Assembly: GCA_964016885.1 (NCBI GenBank)
Contig: CAXHJY010001628.1
Coordinates: forward strand, 1 to 45,659
DNA: 45,659 nucleotides
Direction: 5' to 3'
From: Eledone cirrhosa
Taxonomy: Eukaryota
In this document: positions 1-12,642 of the stretch, piece by piece
Layout: each line of letters begins with the position of its first letter
Position numbering within the stretch: the first letter of the stretch is position 1
Notes under the pieces: generated by a model
Database searches by the model: none
What the model saw: only the letters and a program-made list of their open reading frames with translations
What the model was told of the DNA's origin: nothing
Made by a program: the position numbers and the translations under genes

Positions 1-5
1 ATATT

Positions 6-58
<53 letters not shown>

Positions 59-72
59 ATATATATATATAT

Positions 73-123
<51 letters not shown>

Positions 124-148
124 TTATATATATATTTATATATATATT

Positions 149-179
<31 letters not shown>

Positions 180-194
180 TATATATATATATAT

Positions 195-247
<53 letters not shown>

Positions 248-369
248 ATATATATATATATATTTATATATATATTTATATATATATTTATATATATATT
301 TATATATATATATTTATATATATATATTTATATATATATATTTATATATATATATATATATTATATATA

Positions 370-412
<43 letters not shown>

Positions 413-416
413 ATAT

Positions 417-447
<31 letters not shown>

Positions 448-468
448 ATATATTATATATATATATAT
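1..468. repeat. degenerate (TA)n microsatellite
   Basis: Pure A/T dinucleotide array with TT/TTT interruptions. Confidence 0.97.
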
Positions 469-761
469 AAAAACAAATAACGAAACGAAATTAAATTTCG
501 TTTCGTTTGTAACTCACTTTTGTATGACTGACGCTTAAACAATTAAGTTAAAAATGTACATCCACATATGTATACTGAAATACTAGTATGCATATGAATA
601 CACACACGTATACATATGTAGATGTACCGAGTTTTTCACTGGTCACTTTACTGCGAGTGTCCAGCTATTCTGTATGTAAACACACAGACAAACCGGTTTT
701 TAGAGTCATACTGGTTTTTGAGGAAACACCTTTCCTCTATTCTCCAGAAAGCCAGACAAGG

Positions 762-806
762 AATATTGAACTAGTTTCGATGTTGTTACATCTCATCAGC
801 AATATT
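762..806 (-). ncRNA. minimal type I hammerhead ribozyme (copy 1)
   Basis: Minus strand: AAUAUUG-CUGAUGA-GAUGU aaca ACAUC-GAA-ACUAGU-U/CAAUAUU. 7-bp stem I, 5-bp stem II, palindromic stem III, GUU cleavage triplet. Confidence 0.9.
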
Positions 807-1227
807 TACCTATCTTCCGGCCTCTCTAGAGAATCGTAAAAGCACATATCGTTATATGCTTTTTCTATGAAAATTAGTAGTGGGCAGACTAATTTGCATA
901 GAGCGTGAGTACGTACCGGTTCAACGGAGACGATAAAAACAAATAACGAAACGAAATTAAATTTCGTTTCGTTTGTAACTCACTTTTGTATGACTGACGC
1001 TTAAACAATTAAGTTAAAAATGTACATCCACATATGTATACTGAAATACTAGTATGCATATGAATACACACACGTATACATATGTAGATGTACCGAGTTT
1101 TTCACTGGTCACTTTACTGCGAGTGTCCAGCTATTCTGTATGTAAACACACAGACAAACCGGTTTTTAGAGTCATACTGGTTTTTGAGGAAACACCTTTC
1201 CTCTATTCTCCAGAAAGCCAGACAAGG

Positions 1228-1272
1228 AATATTGAACTAGTTTCGATGTTGTTACATCTCATCAGCAATATT
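1228..1272 (-). ncRNA. minimal type I hammerhead ribozyme (copy 2)
   Basis: Same motif as 762-806, offset by 466 bp. Confidence 0.9.
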
Positions 1273-1430
1273 TACCTATCTTCCGGCCTCTCTAGAGAAT
1301 CGTAAAAGCACATATCGTTATATGCTTTTTCTATGAAAATTAGTAGTGGGCAGACTAATTTGCATAGAGCGTGAGTACGTACCGGTTCAACGGAGACGAT
1401 AAAAACAAATAACGAAACGAAATTAAATTT

Positions 1431-3899
1431 CGCTAGCATGGGTTAGACGGGTTGTCCTGTTGTGGGCAGTGTCTGGTCGGCTGACCATGCCTTGCTCATA
1501 CAGGAACTGATCTGGCTTGATTTCTACAGCTGGATGCCCTTCCTAACACCAACCTCATTTACAGTGAGTGCTGGGTGCTTTTTCGTGGCGCCTACACGTC
1601 CACTTTACAGTGTGGGCTGGGTGCTTTTTTGCCGTGGCACCTCCACGACCACCTTGCGGTGGGGGGGGGGGCATATTGTTTATATGCTTCAGCATGTACC
1701 CATGGGAGGTCGGGTACCCTGTATTACTGCGTGACGCCAGAAGTCACGGTCGTGTGTCATTGACTTTGAGAGGTGTAGTTGGGTAAGGTCGGCTTTTATC
1801 ACCTCATCCCAAGTCATCTTGGGTCTCCCCACTCCGCGGTTTCCATCAACTTCTAGTGCTCTGCACCTTTTTATGCAGCTGTCATCCTTCATACGCATCA
1901 CATGTCCATACCAGCGTAACCGCCTCTCCTGCACGCAGCATTTGATTCCTCTTATGCTCAGTCTCTCTCTCAATTCCTTTATGCTTTGTCGTTCACGTAT
2001 ATTACTGTTACACATCCATCGGAGCATGCAGGCTTCGTTTCTCTCTAATCTACGTAAGTCTTCCACCTTCAGCGCCCAGGTCTCACTACCATGCAACATC
2101 GCTGTTTGGATACACGCATCATACAGTCTGCCTTTCATTCTGAGGGAGAAGCCTTTTGCAGCTAGCAGTGGTAGTAGTTCCCTAAACTTCTTCCATCCCG
2201 TTCTTACCCTAGTTATTGTACTTTCTGAGCACCCACCTCCGTTGCTAATTCGGTCACCTAGGTAGCAGAAGCTGTCTACTGTTTCTACAGGGCCCTCCCA
2301 GAGATTGGTGGTACTTGTTTCCTGTGGCTGTTTGCTTGCTGTTTCAGCGCAGCTGCTGCATGTGAATCCTACATTCTTAATTAAGCTTCCTGAGATCCCG
2401 CTACATCTCTTGTGTACCCATTGTTTGCATTTGGGGCAAAGAATGGAGTTCCTACCTACACCTTTCCTACATACTGAGCAAGGCCATTTCCCTGAGGGGA
2501 TCTGGGTTCTGTTTTCTCGTCTACTTATAAGGACCTTAGTCTTTGTCATGTTGACTTTGAGGCCCTTTCCCTCTAGTCCCTGCTTCCAGGTTTGGAATTT
2601 ATTCTCTAGTTCTACCATAGATTCAGCTATGAGTGCGAGGTCATCAGCATACAGGAGTTCCCATGGGCATCCGGTCTTAAACTCCTCCGTTATTGCCTGC
2701 AGGACTATGATGAACAGGAGAGGGCTAAGAACAGAGCCCTGGTGGACCCCAACCTGTACGCTAAATTCCTCGCTATACTCATTGCCAATCCTAACTTTGC
2801 TGACTGCTCCCCTATACATGGCTTGTACCGCTTTCACAAGCCATTCATCTACTCCTAGTTTTCTAAGAGCCCACCAGATTACTGCACGTGGAACTCTGTC
2901 AAAGGCTTTCTCAAGGTCGACAAATGCCAAGTAGAGTGGCTTACTTTTAGCTAGGTACTTTTCCTGTAATTGCCTCACAAGGAAGAGCGCATCAGTGGTG
3001 CCTTTCCCTGGTACAAACCCAAATTGCATCTCGTCTATATTCACCCGGTCCCTAATCAGCTGTGCTATAACTCTTTCTGTTACTTTCATGACCTGGTCCA
3101 TCAACTTTATACCTCTATAGTTTCCTCTATCTAGTGCATCGCCTTTACCTTTGTAGCAGTTGACAATGATGCTACTGCACCAATCTTTTGGTATGGCCCC
3201 CTCTGGTATTACCTGGTTAACGATACGTGTGGTTATAGTGTGACCTACAGACCCAGATGCCTTCAGCATCTCGGCAGCTATACCCGATGGACCGGTTGCC
3301 TTCCCTATCTTCATATCTCTGATTGCCTTACTTACTACGCTGCCGCTGACTTGTTCTGCTGGTCCCTCTATAGGGTCTACGTGGGGTAGGGTCTCTTCTT
3401 CCCATGCATTCTCCTCATTTAGTAATCTATCATAATGACTCTTCCATGCATCTTTCTTCTCAGCACTTGTGAGGGCAAGCTCACCTTTATCATTCCGGAT
3501 ACACTTCTCTCCAATGACATCACAACTATCTCTGACACACTGCCTCGCAATCTTGAATACCTCCTGTTTCTGGTCCTCACGTTGTAAAACATGCTTGAAT
3601 TTTCTATCCTCTGCTTCCCTCCTAGCTAAGTATACTTGTCGCCTAGCTTCCCTCTTGGTCTCTATGTAATGTACCCTGCTCCCCCCGTTCTTCCATTCTT
3701 TCCATGCCTGTCTCTTGGCCTTGACTGCTTCATCTACCTTATTGTTCCACCACCAAGTCACTCTCCTCCTGCTTGAGGTCTTACTCCAGCCACAAACCTC
3801 ATCCGTCGCCTCTAGTAAGTTATTTTTTAGGAACTCCCAGTTCTCTTCTACGTTAAATGTCTCTATCTGTTCTTCTTTACTGTCGTAGGCGTTGAGTAA
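1431..3899 (-). mobile_element. RTE-clade LINE, family A, copy 1 (5'-truncated; lacks the last ~22 nt and the (TGA)n tail)
   Basis: RT ORF plus a 3' UTR matching the copies at 9690 and 14323; the 5' end abuts (TA)n at 3900. Confidence 0.92.
1689..3899 (-). CDS. RTE-type reverse transcriptase, partial (endonuclease domain missing), with PHD-like zinc finger
   Basis: Motifs [71 protein letters not shown]. The frame stays open upstream of the listed start (3761) to 3899 (LLNAYDS...NWEFLK...EVCG). Confidence 0.92.
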   Translation of the reverse strand, partial: LLNAYDSKEEQIETFNVEENWEFLKNNLLEATDEVCGWSKTSSRRRVTWWWNNKVDEAVKAKRQAWKEWKNGGSRVHYIETKREARRQVYLARREAEDRKFKHVLQREDQKQEVFKIARQCVRDSCDVIGEKCIRNDKGELALTSAEKKDAWKSHYDRLLNEENAWEEETLPHVDPIEGPAEQVSGSVVSKAIRDMKIGKATGPSGIAAEMLKASGSVGHTITTRIVNQVIPEGAIPKDWCSSIIVNCYKGKGDALDRGNYRGIKLMDQVMKVTERVIAQLIRDRVNIDEMQFGFVPGKGTTDALFLVRQLQEKYLAKSKPLYLAFVDLEKAFDRVPRAVIWWALRKLGVDEWLVKAVQAMYRGAVSKVRIGNEYSEEFSVQVGVHQGSVLSPLLFIIVLQAITEEFKTGCPWELLYADDLALIAESMVELENKFQTWKQGLEGKGLKVNMTKTKVLISRRENRTQIPSGKWPCSVCRKGVGRNSILCPKCKQWVHKRCSGISGSLIKNVGFTCSSCAETASKQPQETSTTNLWEGPVETVDSFCYLGDRISNGGGCSESTITRVRTGWKKFRELLPLLAAKGFSLRMKGRLYDACIQTAMLHGSETWALKVEDLRRLERNEACMLRWMCNSNIRERQSIKELRERLSIRGIKCCVQERRLRWYGHVMRMKDDSCIKRCRALEVDGNRGVGRPKMTWDEVIKADLTQLHLSKSMTHDRDFWRHAVIQGTRPPMGTC

Positions 3900-3929
3900 T
3901 ATATATATATATAATATATATATATATAC

Positions 3930-3993
<64 letters not shown>

Positions 3994-4158
3994 TATATAT
4001 ATAATATATATATATAATATATATATATATATAATATATATATATATACTATATATATATATATATAATATATATATATATACTATATATATATATTATA
4101 TATATAATATATATATATATACTATATATATATATTATATATATAATATATATATATA

Positions 4159-4225
<67 letters not shown>

Positions 4226-4236
4226 TATATATATAC

Positions 4237-4267
<31 letters not shown>

Positions 4268-4388
4268 TATATATATAATATATATATATATACTATATAT
4301 ATATATAATATATATATATATACTATATATATATATTATATATATAATATATATATATATACTATATATATATATAATATATATATAT
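3900..4388. repeat. degenerate (TA)n microsatellite with ACT/AAT interruptions
   Basis: Direct reading. Confidence 0.95.
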
Positions 4389-5436
4389 ACCTGGAGTGCT
4401 TGGAAAAATAAATTTCCCCTTCTTTCAGTAAATGAAAATACTCGGCGTGGCTTAATTCGCCATGGGGCCCGGGGCGCGGCCGTTATTTTAACTTCCAAAT
4501 AGTACCTTTAAATTACAGAACAAATCGGAACTATTATATAATTAATTGTTAAACTGTTGAACTTTATATTTTCTAACCTCTTTAATATTGAATATTGATT
4601 ATTAATTTTTTTAACTTCATCCTAGAAGTCTAAACACTGTAAAACACTGACTCCCAATATATTCATCTCCGCTAAGATGCGGGTCCCTGTGAACATTTTC
4701 TCGCGCCACTCCTGGCTTGACTGTGGTCTGACATTAATACCGACCTTTCTTCCTCTTCCTTTCTATCTTCCTTCTTGTAGCCATCAACCCTTACTTTTCT
4801 ACTTCTCTCTTCCCTTCCTTCTCTCCTCTCCTCCTCCCGCAGACTTATCTTCCTTCCCCCTCTTGCTTGCCTATATCTGACCAGTAGTAGTTACCTTCCT
4901 CTTTTAGCTGACATTAACCCTGACTTCTCTTCTTCTTTCTTCCCCCTTCTTCTCCTTCCTTTCTTTCTTTCTTTTACCTTGTGTCATGGGATCGACGTTA
5001 ACCTATGCTCCCATCTCTTTCTGTTTTCGTTCATCTGACCGGTAGTAGCATACTATAAAATTTAGCCACGTCACTCCAGGGCGACCGGCTGAGGTTGAAG
5101 GAACAGAATAGCGGTCGCCCTCGGGTCTCGATTTTCAGCCCCATGGATTTTACCTATTACATTCACGTATTATATTTCGAATACCTGATGATATCACCGG
5201 ATTCATACGGAACCCGGTCATTGAAATGATCATAGTATAATAAACCTTTCAAGGATTTACACAAATCCAGCCTCCTGTCATTTCATTATAATATTTAACT
5301 CCGTAATAGCACCACCAACTACAAAAACAAAGATGGTTGAACTGCTTTACGTTGAGTACTCTCTATATTATTGCATTACGATTGACCATACGGAATAGAC
5401 CAGCTCTATACAGTGGTGAACCTCAAACCTGAATAA
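4389..5436 (+). mobile_element. probable 3' fragment of a Penelope-like or other HHR-bearing retroelement
   Basis: Unique sequence flanked by (TA)n on both sides, with a polypyrimidine tract (~4740-5030), an HHR at 5181-5238 and TTGAGTAC at 5352. No convincing ORF. Confidence 0.6.
5181..5238 (+). ncRNA. type I hammerhead ribozyme
   Basis: AUAC-CUGAUGA-(stem II with ACCGG/CCGGU and UUC/GAA)-GAA-AUGAUCAU-A/GUAU. Palindromic stem III, AUA triplet; the 4-bp stem I may extend via UAUUA/UAAUA. Confidence 0.8.
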
Positions 5437-5473
<37 letters not shown>

Positions 5474-5667
5474 ATATTATATATATATATATTATATATA
5501 TATATATATTATATATTATATATATATTATATATATTTATATATTATATATATTATATATATATATATTATATATATATTATATATATTTATATATTATA
5601 TATATATATATTATATATATATTATATATATATATATATTTATATATATATTATATATATATTATAT

Positions 5668-5698
<31 letters not shown>

Positions 5699-5736
5699 AT
5701 ATATATATGTTATATATATATATATATATATATAAC

Positions 5737-5923
5737 GGCGGTGGATTGGCAGTATCAGTAGAGAGTCGGACGCCATGCTTTCCAGCATAGTTACGTCCCT
5801 TTACGGTCTGTGTTCAAATCCCACCGAGGTTAACTTTGCCTTTCATCCTTACGGGGTCGATAAAATAAAGTACCAGTAATGTACTGGGTAATTGCTGGCC
5901 TTGTGCCAAAAGTAGAAACAATT
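5737..5923 (+). mobile_element. tRNA-derived SINE with Meta-core-like central domain
   Basis: A-box-like TGGCAGTATCAG and B-box GTTCAAATCC, followed by TTTCATCCTTACGGGGTCGATAAAATAAAGTACC, which resembles the Meta/Sauria-type SINE core (recognised from memory). Flanked by (TA)n. Confidence 0.75.
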
Positions 5924-6163
5924 ATATATATATATTATATATATTATATATTATATATATATATATTATATATATTATATATATATATTATATATATATA
6001 TTATATATATATATTATATATAATATATATATATTATATATAATATATATATATATTATATATAATATATATATATATTATATATAATATATATATATAT
6101 TATATATATAATATATATATATATTATATATATTATATATATATATATTATATATATATATAT

Positions 6164-6228
<65 letters not shown>

Positions 6229-6332
6229 TATATATATATATATATATTATATATATTATATATATTATATATATATATATATATTATATATATTATATAT
6301 ATTATATATATATATATTATATATATATATAT

Positions 6333-6365
<33 letters not shown>

Positions 6366-6442
6366 ATATTATATATATATATATATTATATATATATATA
6401 TATATTATATATATTATATATATTATATTTATATATATATAT

Positions 6443-7613
6443 AGGCGTAGGTAGAAACTCCATTTTATGTCCTAAATGCAAAGTATGGGTGCATAAAAGA
6501 TGTAGTGGGATCACAGGTAAGCTAACTAAGAACATAGATTTTACATGTGGCCGGTGCTCTGGTGCAATAAGTAGCAGCAAGTGCCCACAAACTACTAGCT
6601 CTTTCAATTGCGCAGAGGGTTCTATAGAAATAGTGGACAGCTTCCGTTACCTGGGCGATAAAATCAGCAGTGGGGGAGGGTGCTCTGAAAGTACTGTAGC
6701 TAGAGTCAGAACTGGTTGGAAAAAGTTCAGAGAGCTTATACCACTATTAGCTGCTAAAGGGTTCTCACTAAAAATGAAAGGCAGGTTGTACGATGCCTGC
6801 ATACGAACAGCAATGCTGCATGGCAGTGAGACCTGGGCATTGTGTGCAGAGGATATACGCAGACTAGAGAGGAACGAAGCTTGCATGCTCCGCTGGATGT
6901 GTAACAGTAATATAAGTGAACGGCAAAGCATAAACGAACTAAGGAAAAAATTAGAGATAAGAGGGATCAGATGTTGTTTACTCGAGAGAAGGCTACGTTG
7001 GTATGGACACGTGATGCGCATGAAAGTCGATAGCTGTATAACAAAGTGCAGGGCAATAAAGATAGACGGTAGTCACGGAATAGGCAGACCTAGAAAAACC
7101 TGGGACGAGCTGATAAACTCCGACATCACACACTTACACCTCTCCAAGACAATGTCACTGGACCGAGACCTTTGGCGGTACTCAGTAACAGAGAAGACCC
7201 GCCTTACCTAAATATATAGTAAAACCTACTCCAGCCAGTAGGCATCTCTAACAAAATACACCCCGTCCCACCACCCCCACCCCCACCCGATCCACACCAC
7301 CCCGTTCTATGTAAAGTTATGTTGGTGCCGCGCCATCGAGGCCGAAACAAATGAGATCGTGTAGGTGTCACGACAAAAAAACACACAGTCCACGCTGTAA
7401 TGTGGCCGTGTAGGCAACACGGTAAAAACCTCCCAGACCCACACTGTAAATGTGGTTGGTGTTAGGAAGGGCATCCAACTGTAGAAAACCTGCCAGACAG
7501 TCCTATGCGAGCAAGACAATCACTCTTGCCTCAAGTGGGACTACCCCCGTCCAAACCCATGCAAGCGTGGAACACGGACGTTAAACGTTGATGATGATGA
7601 TGATGATGATGAT
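6443..7613 (+). mobile_element. RTE-clade LINE, family B, copy 1 (5'-truncated, (TGA)n tail)
   Basis: In-frame C-terminal RT fragment at 6444-7211 ([21 protein letters not shown]), 3' UTR, tail ~7589-7613. Confidence 0.92.
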
Positions 7614-7881
7614 ATATTATATTTATATATATATATATTATATTTATATATATATTATATATATTATATTTATATATATATATATTATATATATTATATT
7701 TATATATATTTATATTATATATATTATATTTATATATATATATATATATTATATATATTATATTTATATATATATATATTATATATATATATATATTATA
7801 TATATATATATTTATATATATATATATTATATATATTATATATATATATATTATATATATTATATTTATATATATATATAT

Positions 7882-7915
<34 letters not shown>

Positions 7916-8033
7916 ATATTTATATATATATATATTATATATATATATAATATATATATAATATATATATATATAAATATATATATATATAATATATATA
8001 TATTTATATATATATATATTATATATATATTAT

Positions 8034-8092
<59 letters not shown>

Positions 8093-8336
8093 TATATTAT
8101 ATATTATATATATTATATTTATATATATATATATTATATATATATTATATATATTATATTTATATATATATATATTATATATATTATATTTATATATATA
8201 TATATTATATATTATATTTATATATATATATATTATATATATATATTATATATATATATATTATATATTATATTATATATATATATATTATATATATATA
8301 TTATATATATTATATATATATATATATTATATATAT

Positions 8337-8367
<31 letters not shown>

Positions 8368-8649
8368 ATATATATATATATATTATATATATATATATAT
8401 TATATATATATATATTATATATATATATATATTATATATATATATATTATATATATATATATTATATATATATATATTATATATATTATATTATATATAT
8501 TATATATATATATATATATTATATATATATATATTATATATATTATATATATATATATTATATATATTATATTTATATATATATATATTATATATATATA
8601 TTATATATTATATATATATATATATATTATATATATATATAATATATAT
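7614..8649. repeat. degenerate (TA)n microsatellite
   Basis: Direct reading. Confidence 0.95.
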
Positions 8650-8783
8650 TAGAATTAGCCGTCGAAACGGCTTGAGCTCAGCTGTCGGGGTCTTACTGGT
8701 TCCTATTACCCACTCTACTACCTCAAGTATTGAGTACTTTGGTGCGTTATGGTCCACCGGGTTCCTTACCACATTTCCTTCGT
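8650..8783 (+). mobile_element. short 3'-terminal retroelement fragment starting inside a hammerhead (3' half only)
   Basis: UAGCCGUC-GAA-ACGGC uugagcuca GCUGU-C/GGGGUC gives a stem II 3' strand, GAAA, stem III and a GUC triplet. The CUGANGA half is replaced by (TA)n. TTGAGTAC at 8730. Confidence 0.55.
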
Positions 8784-8917
8784 TATATATATATTATATA
8801 TATTATATTTATATATTTATATATATATATATTATATATATTATATATATTATATTATATATATATATATATTATATATATTATATTTATATATATATAT
8901 ATATATTATATATATTA

Positions 8918-8962
<45 letters not shown>

Positions 8963-9178
8963 TATATTTATATATATATATATATTATATATATATTATA
9001 TATATTATATATATTATATTTATATATATATATATATATTATATTTATATATATATATATATTATATATATATTATATATATTATATATATTATATTATA
9101 TATATATATATATATTATATTTATATATATATATATATTATATATATTATATATATTATATATATTATATATATTATA

Positions 9179-9513
9179 GGAGGCACATGGCTTAGTGGTT
9201 AGAGCATTGGCCTTGCAATCGAAAGGTTGTGAGTTCAATTCTCAGACCGGGTGATGTGTTGTTTCCTTGAGCAAGACACTTTATTTCACATTGCTCCAGT
9301 TTACTCAACTGTAGAAATGAGATGATAGGGACTGGGATCCCTATCATTCCACTGCAAAGTGGTCGTAGAGGTGCCACGGCAAAAAAGCACCCAGCACTCA
9401 CTGTAAATGAGGTTGGTGTTAGGAAGGGCATCCAGCTGTAGAAATCAAGCCAGAATCAGTTCCCGTCCTACCCTTGCAAGCAGGGAAACGTGGACGTAAA
9501 ATGAAATGATGAT
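9179..9513 (+). mobile_element. tRNA-derived CORE-type SINE with RTE-A-derived 3' tail
   Basis: A box TGGCTTAGTGG and B box GAGTTCAATTC; CORE-like TTGAGCAAGACACTT...CAGTTTACTCAACTGTAGAAATG; ~9368-9463 matches the RTE-A 3' UTR; ends GGACGTAAAATGAAATGATGAT. Confidence 0.85.
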
Positions 9514-9608
9514 TATATATATTATATTTATATATATATATATATTATATATATATTATATATATTATATATATTATTTATATATATATATATATTATAT
9601 ATATATTA

Positions 9609-9650
<42 letters not shown>

Positions 9651-9689
9651 TATATTTACATATATATATATTATATATATATTATATTT

Positions 9690-11190
9690 ATCATCATCAT
9701 CATCATCACCGTTTTACGTCCGTTCTTCCACGCTAGCATGGGTTAGACGGGTTGTCCTGTTGTGGGCAGTGTCTGGTCGGCTGACCATGCCTTGCTCATA
9801 CAGGAACTGATCTGGCTTGATTTCTACAGCTGGATGCCCTTCCTAACACCAACCTCATTTACAGTGAGTGCTGGGTGCTTTTTCGTGGCGCCTACACGTC
9901 CACTTTACAGTGTGGGCTGGGTGCTTTTTTGCCGTGGCACCTCCACGGCCACCTTGCGGTGGGGGGGGGGGGGGCATATTGTTTATATGCTTCAGCATGT
10001 ACCCATGGGAGGTCGGGTACCCTGTATTACTGCGTGACGCCAGAAGTCACGGTCGTGTGTCATTGACTTTGAGAGGTGTAGTTGGGTAAGGTCGGCTTTT
10101 ATCACCTCATCCCAAGTCATCTTGGGTCTCCCCACTCCGCGGTTTCCATCAACTTCTAGTGCTCTGCACCTTTTTATGCAGCTGTCATCCTTCATACGCA
10201 TCACATGTCCATACCAGCGTAACCGCCTCTCCTGCACGCAGCATTTGATTCCTCTTATGCTCAGTCCTCTCTCTCAATTCATTTATGCTTTGTCGTTCAC
10301 GTATATTACTGTTACACATCCATCGGAGCATGCAGGCTTCGTTTCTCTCTAATCTACGTAAGTCTTCCACCTTCAGCGCCCAGGTCTCACTACCATGCAA
10401 CATCGCTGTTCGGATACACGCATCATACAGTCTGCCTTTCATTCTGAGGGAGAAGCCTTTTGCAGCTAGCAGTGGTAGTAGTTCCCTAAACTTCTTCCAT
10501 CCCGTTCTTACCCTAGTTATTGTACTTTCTGAGCACCCACCTCCGTTGCTAATTCGGTCACCTAGGTAGCAGAAGCTGTCTACTGTTTCTACAGGGCCCT
10601 CCCAGAGATTGGTGGTACTTGTTTCCTGTGGCTGTTTGCTTGCTGTTTCAGCACAGCTGCTGCATGTGAATCCTACATTCTTAATTAAGCTTCCTGAGAT
10701 CCCGCTACATCTCTTGTGTACCCATTGTTTGCATTTGGGGCAAAGAATGGAGTTCCTACCTACACCTTTCCTACATACTGAGCAAGGCCATTTCCTGAGG
10801 GGATCTGGGTTCTGTTTTCTCGTCTACTTATAAGGACCTTAGTCTTTGTCATGTTGACTTTGAGGCCCTTTCTCTCTAGTCCCTGCTTCCAGGTTTGGAA
10901 TTTATTCTCTAGTTCTACCATAGATTCAGCTATGAGTGCGAGGTCATCAGCATACAGGAGTTCCCATGGGCATCCGGTCTTAAACTCCTCCGTTATTGCC
11001 TGCAGGACTATGATGAACAGGAGAGGGCTAAGAACAGAGCCCTGGTGGACCCCAACCTGTACGCTAAATTCCTCGCTATACTCATTGCCAATCCTAACTT
11101 TGCTGACTGCTCCCCTATACATGGCTTGTACCGCTTTCACAAGCCATTCATCTACTCCTAGTTTTCTAAGAGCCCACCAGATTACTGCAC
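9690..11190 (-). mobile_element. RTE-A copy 2 (5'-truncated, intact 3' end, two frameshifts)
   Basis: Near-identical to 1431-2888. (TCA)n on + at 9690-9708. 1-bp indels near 10266 and 10793 split the ORF. Confidence 0.92.

Positions 11191-12642
<1,452 letters not shown>

Larger units (their letters stand above)
469..1432 (-). mobile_element. 466-bp tandem repeat (2 full units + ~32 nt), one hammerhead per unit; retrozyme-like / Penelope pLTR-like non-autonomous element
   Basis: Units 469-934 and 935-1400 look identical (ORF track repeats at +466); a partial third unit spans 1401-1432. Each unit has a minus-strand HHR and long hairpins (479-507; 556-627). Confidence 0.8.

Noticed and set aside
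892-899. Octamer ATTTGCAT in each 466-bp unit
   Set aside because: A single 8-mer in AT-rich sequence with no accompanying promoter elements identified.
588-1305. Duplicated 83-aa ORF in the 466-bp unit
   Set aside because: No recognisable motif; it is antisense to the hammerhead strand and duplicated only because the unit is.
469-1432. CRISPR array or LTR interpretation of the direct repeats
   Set aside because: Units are contiguous with no spacers, there are no cas genes, no TG...CA ends or internal gag/pol, and the context is eukaryotic.
1462-2934. Plus-strand ORFs overlapping RTE copies (also at 10122-11801, 15449-16300, 17665-18480, 44884-45366)
   Set aside because: Antisense shadows of the RT frame or UTR with no independent evidence.
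7588-7613. Poly-Met / poly-His coding runs
   Set aside because: These are the (TGA)n 3' tails of RTE elements read in different frames.
9179-9250. Functional tRNA genes at the SINE heads (also 5737-5830)
   Set aside because: A and B boxes are present but I could not fold a clean cloverleaf, and both run directly into SINE core domains.
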